Shown: positions 10,392 to 22,178 of the stretch, one piece after another | Numbering within the stretch: the stretch's first letter is position 1 | Layout: each line of letters starts with the position of its first letter | DNA from: an uncultured Chloroflexia bacterium | GTDB lineage: Bacteria; Chloroflexota; Dehalococcoidia; UBA2979 | DNA: 64,000 nt | Direction: 5' to 3' | Assembly: GCA_963728205.1 (NCBI GenBank) | Contig: CAVSIV010000001.1 | Span: forward strand, 992,001-1,056,000 | The notes under the pieces: generated by a model | The model's database searches: none | What the model was told of the DNA's origin: nothing | Seen by the model: only the letters and a program-made list of their open reading frames with translations | Made by a program: the position numbers and the translations under genes

Positions 10392-10913
10392 GTGACGGTT
10401 CCGGACGGCGTCGACGTGCGGCCGTCGCCGATCGCCGGCCTGGGGATGTTTGCGACGCGTCCGTTCCCGGCGGGCGCTCGGATCCTCCGGCGCAACCACG
10501 TCCGCGAGATCAGCGACGCCGCGCCGCTGCGGCCCGACAGGGGCGAGTTGCCCGAGCACACGGACGACGTCGAGGGCGGGCGGATCGTCCTGCTGGGCTT
10601 CCCGGACCGGCACCTCAACCACTGCTGCGACCCGAGCGCCTACGTCCGCGTGATCGACGGCGTGCACTACATCTACGCGCGCCGCGAGATCGCCGCCGGC
10701 GAGGAGATCACGAACGACTACGGCATCAACGGTCCCGGCGGCGACGGGGTGACGTGCCGTTGCCGCGCCGCACGCTGTCGCGGGGAGGCGCACTCGGACT
10801 TCTTCCGGCTCCCGCCGGCGATCCAGGCAGAGTACCTGCCGCTGCTCGCCGACTGGTTCGTCGCGGAGCATCGCGAGCGGATCGACGCCGTGCGGGCCTC
10901 GTTCGGGACGTAG
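10392..10913 (+). CDS. SET-domain methyltransferase with post-SET Zn motif
   Basis: SPIAGLGMFATR, NHCCDP, GEEITNDY, CRCRAARC. Confidence 0.88.
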   Translation: MTVPDGVDVRPSPIAGLGMFATRPFPAGARILRRNHVREISDAAPLRPDRGELPEHTDDVEGGRIVLLGFPDRHLNHCCDPSAYVRVIDGVHYIYARREIAAGEEITNDYGINGPGGDGVTCRCRAARCRGEAHSDFFRLPPAIQAEYLPLLADWFVAEHRERIDAVRASFGT

Positions 10914-10983
10914 GTCCGGCCGGCCCTCGGCCGGCCGCCAGATCGGCGGCGTGTCTGCCGCCACTTGCGCCACCGCTTGCCAA

Positions 10984-11850
10984 CTACGTGGCAGCGGGGG
11001 ACGGCGCCATCGCGGCTGCGCGCTCCTGCTCTTCGCGCGCGAAGCGATCGGGGTCCGCGACCCGGCGGTCGAAGAACATCGTGACGTCGGCGATGGCTGC
11101 CGCGAAGACGGACGGTAGCCGGGCGAAGCCGTGGGGCTGCTCGCCGTAGACGTGCAGGTCGACGGGGACCTTGCTCGCGGTGAGCGCCTCGAACATGCGC
11201 ATGCTCGCGGAGACCGGGACGACGGTGTCGGCGGTGCCGTGGAGCAGGCACGTCGGCGGGTACGCGGCGGTGACGTGCTCGATCGGCGCCGCGGCGCGCA
11301 GCACGGGATCGTCGGCGTCGTCGCCCATCAGCGCGCTCGCCGGCGACGCGCCGGACGCGCGGCCGTCGGACTGCCGGTAGAAGCGCACCGGTGGGTAGAA
11401 CGCGGCGACCGCCGCCAGGGCCGTGCCTGCGCCGGCGTTGCCGCCGTCTCCTTCGAACGCTGGGTCGTCGGGTGTGCCGGCGGCGAGCAGCGCGAGGTGC
11501 GCGCCGGCGCTCGAGCCCACCGCGACGACCTTCGCCGGGTCGACGCCGAGCGCCCCGGCCTGCGCGCGGATCCAGCGGATCGCGGCCTTGGCGTCGTGGA
11601 TGTGCGCCGGCCAGCGCGCCTCGCCGTTGAGGCGGTACTCGGACGACACGCAGAGGTAGCCCGCAGCGGCGAGGGCGCGCCCGTGCGGCTCCATCGCGAC
11701 GCGATCGCCGGCGCGCCAGCCGCCGCCGTGCAGCAGCAGGACGGCCGTGCTGTTGGCGCGCGCGGGGTCCGGGCGGTAGACGTCGCAGCGCAGGTCGCGC
11801 CCGCCGTGCCCGGCCGTGCCAAAGACGACGTCGCGTTCGATCTCGGTCAT
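10984..11850 (-). CDS. Alpha/beta hydrolase (HSL-type esterase)
   Basis: HGGGW, GSSAG, HGTAD, HGF. Confidence 0.92.
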   Translation of the reverse strand: MTEIERDVVFGTAGHGGRDLRCDVYRPDPARANSTAVLLLHGGGWRAGDRVAMEPHGRALAAAGYLCVSSEYRLNGEARWPAHIHDAKAAIRWIRAQAGALGVDPAKVVAVGSSAGAHLALLAAGTPDDPAFEGDGGNAGAGTALAAVAAFYPPVRFYRQSDGRASGASPASALMGDDADDPVLRAAAPIEHVTAAYPPTCLLHGTADTVVPVSASMRMFEALTASKVPVDLHVYGEQPHGFARLPSVFAAAIADVTMFFDRRVADPDRFAREEQERAAAMAPSPAAT

Positions 11851-11979
11851 GTCGGTATCCCCCGCTCGGCCTCGCGCGGTGCGAACGGTAGCAGAACGGC
11901 GGCCCGTCGGACCGCCGCTCATAGGGTGCCGGAGGTGACACACGACAGGCAGGCTTGAAGCCTGCCGCGCGTCGAGGAT

Positions 11980-13449
<1,470 letters not shown>

Positions 13450-13763
13450 GGCCGTGCCTCCCAGCCGCATCCGGAATGCGCGAATCATACCGTTCTGTCG
13501 TCTACGGGGCAGGGTTGCCCTTCCGCGAACCCGGCGCGGACGGCGCGCGGCGCAGCCGGGCCGCCCGATTCGTGCGCGGCGCGGGCCCATGACGCCGGTC
13601 GCGTCTGCTAGAATCGCGCCCCCTGACGGGGACCCGCTCCTTATCCACAGCCTTCCTCGTCCGCTGGGCCGGGCGCTCGAGGGCCAGCCGGCCTCCCCGG
13701 TGTTCCGACGTCCGTCCCGGCGGCGCCGCGAGCGCCCGATGCCGGCAGCGAGAGGGTCATCGG

Positions 13764-14252
13764 ATGTCCAGCTCCTCCATGTCTCGCCGCATGCGCGGAT
13801 CGCGCGGGCGGATCTTCTGGCGCCGCCGCGCGGGCGGCCTGCTGCTTGTCGTCGCGATCGTGCTGGCGTGCGCCGGCGTCGTTGCCTGGCTGGCGTGGCG
13901 CGAGCCGCGCGACGAGGAGTATGCGCGGCTGCAGCGCGACCCCGACGAGCCGCGCGTCGCGCCCGGCGCACCGGATGCGCCGCGCGACGAGCCGTCCGCG
14001 CGCCCGCCGTCGCCGGCCCCCGTCGGCGCGACCGTCGTGGTCGGCGGCGGCTGGCAGCGCCCCGCCGTGGCGCCGGCGACCCCGGCAGCGGAGCCCGCGC
14101 GCGCCGCACAGTCGCCCGTGAGCGCGCCGCTGCGTGCGCACGTCACCGCCTACCCGCCGCTGCCGTCGGCGACGGCAACGCCGCCGTCCTTCGTGCGCGC
14201 CGGCACACACCCGCCGGCGCCGGCGGCCGCGCGCCCGTCGCTGCCGTTCTAG
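13764..14252 (+). CDS. Hypothetical single-TM Pro/Ala-rich protein
   Basis: Basic N-terminus, hydrophobic helix, low-complexity tail; fills the intergenic gap. Confidence 0.45.
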   Translation: MSSSSMSRRMRGSRGRIFWRRRAGGLLLVVAIVLACAGVVAWLAWREPRDEEYARLQRDPDEPRVAPGAPDAPRDEPSARPPSPAPVGATVVVGGGWQRPAVAPATPAAEPARAAQSPVSAPLRAHVTAYPPLPSATATPPSFVRAGTHPPAPAAARPSLPF

Positions 14253-14330
14253 CGCGCGCCGGCCGCCGTTCGCGCGGACGGCCGGCAATGATCCCCCGGG
14301 GCCCCGCTGCTATGCTCGCAGCAGCGGACG

Positions 14331-14406
14331 GCCCCCATCGTCTAGCGGCCCAGGACGCCACCCTTTCAAGGTGAAAACAGGGGTTCGACTCCCCTTGGGG
14401 GCACCA
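14331..14406 (+). tRNA. tRNA-Glu(TTC)
   Basis: gccccca...tgggggc-acca, anticodon loop ctTTCaa. Confidence 0.96.
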
Positions 14407-14561
14407 CTCCGCCGTCGTCAGATCTCCCCGGCCGCGCCCGGTCGTCTCGCCCCGTGTCCCGTGCCTCCTGTCCCGCAGGTGACATGAGCGGGACTGCTGT
14501 CGCTATTCTGGTTCGCGGCGCCAGCGGGCTCACGGGCCGGCGCGGAGACGGGACGGGCGGC

Positions 14562-16391
14562 TTGAGCGCGGAACAGCTCTTCCATCTCCTCACGGAAATC
14601 CCCTTCCCGGCTATCTTCGTCTATGTCGCCCTGGAGGCGATGCGGCGCCGCTCGCGCGTCAACCTCGACATCGCCGTGTTCTTCGGCGCCGTCGCGCTCA
14701 TCGAGCTCGTGAGCTGGCTCGGCCAGGTCAGGCCGGGAACGCCTCCGCACGTGGTCTCGAGCCTGACCGGCTCGCTGCTCATATCGCTCGCCTACCTGCA
14801 GCTGCGGCTCGTGGACGACTTCGCCGGGGTGCCGCGCCGGTTCATGCGAGCCACGGAGGTGGGGCTCGGCGCCTCGGTGGTCGTGATCTTCGCAGTGAGT
14901 GCCGTCCCCGCGCCGCTGGCGCTGGTGCTGGTCGCGTACTTCCTCGTGCTGCAGGGGTACGTGGTCTTCACCTTCTGGCGCCAGTCGGGGTTCGGGAGCG
15001 GCGTGACGCGTCGACGCCTGCAGGCGGCCGGGATCGGCGGCTCGCTGCTCGGAGCGGTGCTCTTCTTCGCCGGGCTGTCGGCCGCGGCGCCGCGGATCGA
15101 GGGACTCGTGAGCCTGCTGTCGCAGGCGTGCGGGCTGGGGGCGGGCCTGGCCTATGTCGCGGCATTCGCGACACCGCCGCTGCTGCGGCGCGCGTGGCAG
15201 GAGCCGCAGGTGCGCGCGTTCCTCGCGCGCGCCGCGACGCTGTCGGCGCTGCCCAATGTCGCCGGGATCGTCCAGGCGATCGAGCGCAGCGCCTCGGAGT
15301 CGCTGGGCGCGGGCGCCGCCGTCGCGCTCTGGTACCCCGAGGAGGAGGCGCTCCGCGCACCGAGCTGGAACGATGATCCGCAGCAGCCGGTGCTGCTGCC
15401 GGGCCAGTTCGTGACCGGCCACTCCTTCGCCGAGCAGCGCGTCGTCTTCGTGCCGGACGCGGCGGCGGCGTTCCCGGACAATGCCGCGGTGTATCGGCGG
15501 TACAACGTGCGCGCGCTGATCGCGGCCCCGATCACCGCCGGCGACCAGCGACTCGGCGTGCTGATCGTGTTCGCGCCCCGCGCGCCGATCTTCGCGCGCG
15601 AGGACATCGAGCTCGTGCAGCTGCTCGCCGATCAGGCCGCCGTGATCCTGCAGAACCGCGCGCTGATCGACGAGGCGACGCGGCTGCGCGACGAGTTCCT
15701 CGCCGCCGCGGCGCACGACCTGCGCACACCGCTGACCGCGGTGATCGGCCAGGCGCAGCTGCTCGAGCGGCGGGCGCGCCAGCGGCCGGACGCGCCGCCG
15801 GACTTCTCAGGAATCGAGCGGCTGCTCGAAGCGGCCGACCGCCTGCGCGTCCTCGTGGGCGACCTGCTCGACGTCTCGCGCGGCGATATCGGCCGGCTGG
15901 TCGGCGACGGCGAGCCGACCGACCTCGCGGCGCTGGCGCGCGAGGTCTGCGCCCGCGTGGGCGGCGAGGACGCTCGATGCACCGTCGCGGCGGACGGCAC
16001 GGTGACCGCGCACGTCGACGCCGCCCGCGTGACGCAACTGCTGGAGAACCTCGTGAGCAACGCCATGAAGTACAGCCCCGGCGGCGAGCCGGTGGAGGTG
16101 CGCGTGAGCGCGTCCGGCGGCGAGGCGCAGATCGCGGTGCGCGACCGCGGCATCGGCATCGCGCCGGCGGACGTGCCGCACGTGTTCGACCGCTTCCACC
16201 GCGGTGAAAACGCCGACCAGCAGCACTTCCCGGGGCTCGGGCTCGGCCTCTACATCGCGCGCCTGATCGCGGAGCAGCACGGCGGCCGGATCTGGGTCGA
16301 CAGCACGCTCGGAGCCGGCAGCACGTTCTTCGTCGCGCTGCCGGTCGCGCGCGCTGAAGCGCCCGTCTCGGAGCTCGCCCCGGCGGACTAG
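14562..16391 (+). CDS. Orphan membrane sensor histidine kinase (multi-TM, GAF, HisKA, HATPase); start uncertain (14484 or 14562)
   Basis: HDLRTPL, NLVSNAMKY, DRGIGI, GLGLGL. Confidence 0.92.
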   Translation: MSAEQLFHLLTEIPFPAIFVYVALEAMRRRSRVNLDIAVFFGAVALIELVSWLGQVRPGTPPHVVSSLTGSLLISLAYLQLRLVDDFAGVPRRFMRATEVGLGASVVVIFAVSAVPAPLALVLVAYFLVLQGYVVFTFWRQSGFGSGVTRRRLQAAGIGGSLLGAVLFFAGLSAAAPRIEGLVSLLSQACGLGAGLAYVAAFATPPLLRRAWQEPQVRAFLARAATLSALPNVAGIVQAIERSASESLGAGAAVALWYPEEEALRAPSWNDDPQQPVLLPGQFVTGHSFAEQRVVFVPDAAAAFPDNAAVYRRYNVRALIAAPITAGDQRLGVLIVFAPRAPIFAREDIELVQLLADQAAVILQNRALIDEATRLRDEFLAAAAHDLRTPLTAVIGQAQLLERRARQRPDAPPDFSGIERLLEAADRLRVLVGDLLDVSRGDIGRLVGDGEPTDLAALAREVCARVGGEDARCTVAADGTVTAHVDAARVTQLLENLVSNAMKYSPGGEPVEVRVSASGGEAQIAVRDRGIGIAPADVPHVFDRFHRGENADQQHFPGLGLGLYIARLIAEQHGGRIWVDSTLGAGSTFFVALPVARAEAPVSELAPAD

Positions 16392-16406
16392 CGCGCGTTC
16401 GCTCGC

Positions 16407-16423
16407 TCTCACGGTTCTCTCAC
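16407..16423 (+). promoter_or_regulatory. Hexamer direct repeat TCTCAC-N5-TCTCAC, OmpR/PhoB-type site candidate
   Basis: Lies between the kinase gene and the DUF1800 start; 11-bp period. Confidence 0.45.
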
Positions 16424-16488
16424 GAATCCCGGCTTCACTTCCGATCGCCGCGGCCGCGGGGGCCGCCGGCGGAGCAGAGGACGGCAGC

Positions 16489-18102
16489 GTGGGCGAGCGC
16501 ACACCGGAACCGGACCAGCCGCGCCGCCGTCGCGGCGTCAGCCGCCGGCGGTTCCTGGGCGCCGGTGCCGCCGCGACGGCCGGCGGCGTCGCGCTCGCCG
16601 GCGCGGCCGCGGCGATCGGCCTGCGCGGCGGGGGCGCCGCGCCCGATGTCGGCGCGTCGCCCCCGCCCGCCGCGTCGCCCGCGCCCGCGACGGCTGCCGC
16701 CGGCGGCCCGGCCGCGATCGGCGGCGCCGCCGTGCAGGTCGCCCCCGGCGCCGGCGTCGCGCCGGCCGATCGCCGCACGCGCGTCCAGCACCTGCTGCGC
16801 CGCGCCGGCTTCGCGCCCAACCACGACGAGGTCGACCGCGCACTGCAGCTCGGCGACGCCGAGCTCGTCGACGCGCTCATCAACGCCGACACCGCGCCGG
16901 AGAACCTCAGCACGCAGCTCACGACCTTCGCGCCGGCGGACGGGGCGCAGCGGAAGCCGGTCGAGCTCGTCGCGTGGTGGCTCGGCTGCATGACTGCCAC
17001 CGCGCGCCCGGCGCTGGAGAAGACGACGTTCTTCTGGCACGGCTTCCACACGAGCGGTTTCGACAAGCTCGGCGCGCGCGGCACGCCCCAGCTCTACGCG
17101 CAGAACGTCTTCCAGCGCGAGCACGCCTTCGGCCGCTTCGCCGACATCCTCAAGGGCATCTCGCGGCAGCCTGCGATGATGATCTACCTCGACACGATCC
17201 AGAACCTGAAGGCGCACGCGAACGAGAACTTCGGGCGCGAGCTCATGGAGCTGTTCTCGCTCGGCGTCGGCAACTACACGGAGGTCGACGTGCGCGAGGT
17301 GTCGCGCGCGTTCACCGGCTACAGCCTCGACCGCGCGCGCGAGTTCGTGTTGCGGCCGCGCCAGCACGACGACGGCACGAAGACCGTGCTCGGCCACACC
17401 GGCGACTTCAGCGGCGACGACGTGATCGACATTATCGTCGCGCAGCCGGCGGCGGCGACCTTCGTCGCAGGCAAGGTGTGGAGCGCGTTCGCGTACCCCA
17501 ACCCGGACGCGGCGACCATCGAGCCGGTGGCGCGCACGTTCGCGGACACCGGCGGCGACATGCGCGAAGTGTTTCGCGCGGTGTTCTCGCACCCGGAGTT
17601 CGGCGGCGCGCGCGCGTACCGCGCGCTGGTGAAGGGCCCGGTGGAGTTCGCGGTGGGCGCGGTGCGGCAGCTGGGCGCGACCGTCGACCCGCGGCTGATC
17701 GCCGCGCAGCTGAACGCGATGGGGCAGGTTCCGTTCAACCCGCCGAACGTCGCGGGCTGGCCCGGCGGCGAGTCGTGGATGGGCAGCGGCGCGTTCCTCG
17801 CCGGCATCAACGGCGTCGACGGCGTGCTCTTCGGCACGCGTGGCGCAGCGGGCGGCTTCGACGCCGCGCGGTACCTCGACGACCGCCGGATCGCGACGGC
17901 GGGGCAGCTGGTCGACGACCTGCTGCTGCTGCTCGTGGACGGCGCGGTGTCGCCGGCGCAGCGCGCGACGCTGATCGACTACGCGTCGGCCGGCGGCGAC
18001 GAGGACACGTCGCTGTCGAGCCTGCGCGCCGCGGACCGCGACTCGCGCGTGCGCGGCACCGCGTACCTGTTGATGGCGGGGCCCGAGTACCACCTCGCGT
18101 GA
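16489..18102 (+). CDS. DUF1800-family protein with Tat signal
   Basis: SRRRFL, HLLRRAGF, FWHGFH, NENFGRELMELFSLG, PPNVAGW, PEYHLA. Confidence 0.9.
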   Translation: MGERTPEPDQPRRRRGVSRRRFLGAGAAATAGGVALAGAAAAIGLRGGGAAPDVGASPPPAASPAPATAAAGGPAAIGGAAVQVAPGAGVAPADRRTRVQHLLRRAGFAPNHDEVDRALQLGDAELVDALINADTAPENLSTQLTTFAPADGAQRKPVELVAWWLGCMTATARPALEKTTFFWHGFHTSGFDKLGARGTPQLYAQNVFQREHAFGRFADILKGISRQPAMMIYLDTIQNLKAHANENFGRELMELFSLGVGNYTEVDVREVSRAFTGYSLDRAREFVLRPRQHDDGTKTVLGHTGDFSGDDVIDIIVAQPAAATFVAGKVWSAFAYPNPDAATIEPVARTFADTGGDMREVFRAVFSHPEFGGARAYRALVKGPVEFAVGAVRQLGATVDPRLIAAQLNAMGQVPFNPPNVAGWPGGESWMGSGAFLAGINGVDGVLFGTRGAAGGFDAARYLDDRRIATAGQLVDDLLLLLVDGAVSPAQRATLIDYASAGGDEDTSLSSLRAADRDSRVRGTAYLLMAGPEYHLA

Positions 18103-18143
18103 GCGGAGGTGGCGGCGGGCGCGGCGGAGAGCGGAGGACGGCG

Positions 18144-19406
18144 ATGGCGACGGACGGGACGGCGCCGGCGATGTACACGCGGCGGCAGTTCGTGGCGAAG
18201 GGGACGGCGCTCGTGGCGATGGGCGCCGCCGTGCCCGGCGTCTTCGGGCGCGCGATCGCGGAGGGCGTGCTCGACGGCGTGAGCTCGGCCGAGGCGCCGG
18301 GCCGCACGTTGATCCTCGTGCAGCTCGCCGGCGGGAACGACGGCCTCAACACGCTGATCCCCTACGCGGACCCGGGGTACCAGGCGGCGCGCCCGGAGAT
18401 CCGCGTCGCGGAGGAAGACGTCGTGAAGCTCGACGCCGGCCTCGGGCTGCACCCGAGGCTCGCGCCGCTCGCGCCGTTCTGGCAGTCCGGCGAGCTGGCC
18501 GTCGTGCAGGGCGTCGGCTACCCAAACCCGAACCTCTCGCACTTCACGTCGATGCACGTGTGGCAGACCGCGAGCCCCGACGGCAAGGAGCTCGGCGGGT
18601 GGCTGGGGCGGTACCTCGACGGCCTCGAGGCGCAGCAGCACGACCCGTTCCTCGGCTTCAACGTGGGGACGCGCGTGTCCCCCGAGCTGACGACGGGCGC
18701 CACGCCGGTGCTGTCGGTGGCGAACGCCGACGCCTATCGGCCGCGCTTCAGCGGCGGCGGGGCCGACGCGCCGCAGCGCGAGCAGGCCCTGCTCAAGCTC
18801 TACGAGTCGTATCCGCGGTCGGCGCCGTACGCGGCGCTGCTCGAGACGAGCGCGGACGACGCGATGCAGACGTCGCAGACGCTGCAGTCGCTCGCGCGCT
18901 CGTACACGCCGGCGGTGACCTACCCGAAGAGCTCGTTCGCATCGGGGCTGCAGCTGCTGGCCGCCGTGATCGCGTCGGGCCAGCCGCTGCGGGTCGGGCA
19001 CGTCACGCTGGGCGGGTTCGACACGCACGCGAAGGAGGACCCCACGCACGACGCGCTGCTGCAGACGCTTGCCGAGGGGCTGGCCGCCTTCTACCGCGAC
19101 CTGGACGCGCACCACGTCGCGGACGGCGTGCTGGTGATGACGTGGAGCGAGTTCGGGCGACGCGTCGCGGAGAACGCCTCGGGCGGGACCGACCACGGCA
19201 CGGCCGCGCCGCTGTTCGTGCTCGGCAAGCCGGTGCGCGGCGGGCTCTACGGCGACACCGTGTCGCTGTCGCAGCTGGACGACAACCGCAACCTCCGCTT
19301 CACCACCGACTTCCGCAGCGTCTACGCGACGGTGATGAGCGACTGGCTGCAGACCGACCCGGCGCAGGTGCTCGGTGGCACCTTCCCCACGCTGGGCTTC
19401 GTGTGA
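18144..19406 (+). CDS. DUF1501-family protein with Tat signal
   Basis: TRRQFV, QLAGGNDGLN, SHF, GGFDTH, SEFGRR, GTDHG. Confidence 0.9.
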   Translation: MATDGTAPAMYTRRQFVAKGTALVAMGAAVPGVFGRAIAEGVLDGVSSAEAPGRTLILVQLAGGNDGLNTLIPYADPGYQAARPEIRVAEEDVVKLDAGLGLHPRLAPLAPFWQSGELAVVQGVGYPNPNLSHFTSMHVWQTASPDGKELGGWLGRYLDGLEAQQHDPFLGFNVGTRVSPELTTGATPVLSVANADAYRPRFSGGGADAPQREQALLKLYESYPRSAPYAALLETSADDAMQTSQTLQSLARSYTPAVTYPKSSFASGLQLLAAVIASGQPLRVGHVTLGGFDTHAKEDPTHDALLQTLAEGLAAFYRDLDAHHVADGVLVMTWSEFGRRVAENASGGTDHGTAAPLFVLGKPVRGGLYGDTVSLSQLDDNRNLRFTTDFRSVYATVMSDWLQTDPAQVLGGTFPTLGFV

Positions 19407-19415
19407 GCAGGTCCG

Positions 19416-19448
19416 AGTCAGGCGGCGGCAGCATGCCGCCGCCTGACT
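19416..19448. terminator. 15-bp hairpin between convergent genes, related to the REP family
   Basis: agtcaggcggcggca-gca-tgccgccgcctgact. Confidence 0.6.
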
Positions 19449-19476
19449 GGGGCTCGGCTGGGCGAGCGGGCGCCGG

Positions 19477-20109
19477 CTACTCCTCGCGGCCGACGAGCAC
19501 GCGCGCCGGGGCGCCGTCGGCGCCGGGGATGAGCAGCGGGAGGCAGAGAAGCGTGCACGGCCCGGACGGCACGCCGCGCAGGTCGAGCCCCTCGAGGATC
19601 ACGATGCCGGCGCGCAGCAGGCTCTCGTGCACCGGCGCGGGGTTGTGCGCCGGCGACACCGACAGGTAGTCGATGCCGACCAGCCGGATGCCGCGCTCGA
19701 TCAGGCACTCCGCGCAGTCGTCCGTGATCGAAACGAAGTTCGGGTCGAACGCCGGCGCGTCCCACAGCCGCGAGTTGTTCGTCTTGAGGATCAGGCGCTC
19801 GCATCCGTCCGGGATGTCGAGCGCCTCGACTGCGGCGGCGTCGAGGTGAAGCGACGTGCCCTGCGCGTCGGCGATGTACGCGTCGCCGACCAGCACGTCG
19901 AGGGCCAGGCTCTCGACGCCGGGCCCGTCCGGGACGACGTGTGCGGGCGCGTCGACATGCGTCCCGCTGTGGGCGCTCATGTTGAGGTGACTGAGGTTGA
20001 AGGAGCCGTCGGGGCCGCGCTCGCCGGAGCGGTGCACGTGGACGGGCGGGTCGCCCGGGAACACCACCATGCCCTCGCGGATCGGAACCGTCGCGTCGTA
20101 CCAGCGCAT
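19477..20109 (-). CDS. Cyclase family (kynurenine formamidase-like) metallohydrolase
   Basis: FPGDP, HSGTHVDAPAH, GIDYLS, GADGAPAR. Confidence 0.92.
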   Translation of the reverse strand: MRWYDATVPIREGMVVFPGDPPVHVHRSGERGPDGSFNLSHLNMSAHSGTHVDAPAHVVPDGPGVESLALDVLVGDAYIADAQGTSLHLDAAAVEALDIPDGCERLILKTNNSRLWDAPAFDPNFVSITDDCAECLIERGIRLVGIDYLSVSPAHNPAPVHESLLRAGIVILEGLDLRGVPSGPCTLLCLPLLIPGADGAPARVLVGREE

Positions 20110-20206
20110 CGCGCCACCCTCGCTGCGCGCACGCGTCCCGGGCCGCCACGGACGCGTACGGTGCCGAACACAGACTAGCGCGCTCGGGCCGCACGGTCGC
20201 CCGCCG

Positions 20207-21688
20207 CTAGTCGCCGCCGTTCGAGCCCACGGGCGCGGCGCCGGCGGCACCGACGGGCGGGGGTGCCGCCGGCGTGCCGCGTTCGATGACGTCGCCGCGG
20301 TCCGGGATCATGAAGACGATCGGGATCACGGCCAGCGTCAGCACCGCGAGCACGATGAAGATGTGCTGCATGCCGACCGCCTTGTCGGGCGAGTAGCTGA
20401 GCGCGACGACGATCCCCGCCGTTCCGAGCACGCCGCCGGTCGAGCGGAACATCCCGCGCAGCCCCGCGACGGCGGCGACCTTCTCCGGCACGAGGTCGAG
20501 CGCGGCGTTGTTCGCCGCCGGGCCTCCGATGCCCATCCCGATGCCGGCGATCATCATGAAGCCGGCGATCAGCACGATGTTCGGCACGGCCACGCCGAGC
20601 AGCGTGACGTCGTGGAAGCCGCGGCTGAGCAGGAAGAGGCTCACCGTGATCAGCACGGCGCCCAGCACCATCGGGCGGCGGTAGCCGAAGCGCACGAGCA
20701 GGAAGCTCGACACCGTCGACATCACCGCCATCGACATCGAGCGCGGCGTCAGGATCGCGCCGTCCTGGCCGGCGGACATCCCGTAGCCCACCGTCGCGTA
20801 GTAGGGGATGAACGAGAACATGCCGAAGACCGCCGCGCCGTACAGGAAGTTGTAGAGGTTCGCCGCGAAGAACGGGCGCCACTTCAGCAGCTCGATCTCC
20901 ACCATCGGTGCCGGCGTGCGCGACTCGTGCCGCAGGAACCACCCGATGAGCGTGGCGCCGACGGCGAGCGACAGCCACAGCGAGGGCGACCGCAGCGCGT
21001 CCGGGTTCTGGGCCCATGCCGTGAGCGCGTAGAGGAAGCCGAGCATGCCGCCGGCGAACAGACCGGCGCCGACCAGGTCGACGCGACGGCGGCCGACCGC
21101 GGCGCCGGCGGTGCTCTCGCTCGCGCCCGGGAGGATCGCCATCCCGAGCACCACGAGCGCGATCCCGATCGGCACGTTCACGTAGAAGATCCACCGCCAC
21201 GAGAAGCTGTCGATGATGAACCCGCCGATGTTCGGGCCGAGGATGCCGCCGAGCGGGAAGACGCTCGTGAACAGCCCGATCGCCGTCGCGCGCCGGTTGC
21301 CGAAGGCGTCGCTGACGATGCCCGTCGCCGACGGCAGGAACGCGCCGCCCCCGACCGCCTGCAGGACGCGGAAGACGATCAGGAAGTAGATGTTGGGCGA
21401 CAGGCCGGCGGCCATCGAGCTGAGGGTGAAGAGCACGACCGCGCCGAGAAACAACCGCTTGCGGCCCCAGTCGTCACTGAGCTTGCCGGCGAGCGGCATG
21501 ATGATCGTCGACGTGAGCTGATAGCCGGTGAGCGTCCAGCCGATCAGCGCGAGGTTCGTCTTCAGGTCGACGAGCAGCGTCGGCACGGCGACCGCGACGA
21601 TGGTCGTGTCCAGCGACGACATCAGCAGCGCGAGCGCGGTGACCGCGAAGATCGCGTAGGCGCGGGACGACGGGCCCTCCGTCGGCAT
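20207..21688 (-). CDS. MFS DHA2-family efflux transporter
   Basis: LDTTIVAVA, GKLSDDWGRKR, WRWIFYVNVPIG. Confidence 0.93.
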   Translation of the reverse strand: MPTEGPSSRAYAIFAVTALALLMSSLDTTIVAVAVPTLLVDLKTNLALIGWTLTGYQLTSTIIMPLAGKLSDDWGRKRLFLGAVVLFTLSSMAAGLSPNIYFLIVFRVLQAVGGGAFLPSATGIVSDAFGNRRATAIGLFTSVFPLGGILGPNIGGFIIDSFSWRWIFYVNVPIGIALVVLGMAILPGASESTAGAAVGRRRVDLVGAGLFAGGMLGFLYALTAWAQNPDALRSPSLWLSLAVGATLIGWFLRHESRTPAPMVEIELLKWRPFFAANLYNFLYGAAVFGMFSFIPYYATVGYGMSAGQDGAILTPRSMSMAVMSTVSSFLLVRFGYRRPMVLGAVLITVSLFLLSRGFHDVTLLGVAVPNIVLIAGFMMIAGIGMGIGGPAANNAALDLVPEKVAAVAGLRGMFRSTGGVLGTAGIVVALSYSPDKAVGMQHIFIVLAVLTLAVIPIVFMIPDRGDVIERGTPAAPPPVGAAGAAPVGSNGGD

Positions 21689-22052
21689 CGCGCGCCTCAG
21701 AATCCGGCCGGTGCCGCGACGTGCGCGGCCGCGGCGGCGCGCGGCCGCCGCGCGCGGGGATGCGTGGAGACGAACGACCGTGCGGCCGCGGCGGCTGTGC
21801 AACGCTGGGTTCCCGGCGCCGGGGCGGCGCTCTGCGCGCGCCTGGCTGCTGCGACCACCTGGGTGACTCGCGGCGTTTCCGGTGCCCGACGTCAGGGCTG
21901 CTGAGCGTCGTGGTGCGGAACGCTTACGTGCACGTGATTGTCTCGCACGGCGGCCCTGATGGTAAGAGCCATGACGATTATTTCATGTTTCCCGCGCACG
22001 TCCGCGCGGCGCGTTTAGGCACGCCGCGTACAGCGGCCGCCTCTCGCCGGCC

Positions 22053-22140
22053 AAAGCGGCGGCAGACATGCCGCCGACAGGACGCGGACGCAGTCCGCGG
22101 CTGGCGCTGCGCTGCTGTCGGCGGCATCTCTGCCGCCGCT
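22053..22140. repeat. REP/REPIN-like palindromic element, copy A
   Basis: aaagcggcggcagacatgccgccgacag...ctgtcggcggcatctctgccgccgct. Confidence 0.88.
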
Positions 22141-22178
22141 GTGGCCGGCCGGCGAGTCGTCAGGCCGTCCGCGCCCCC

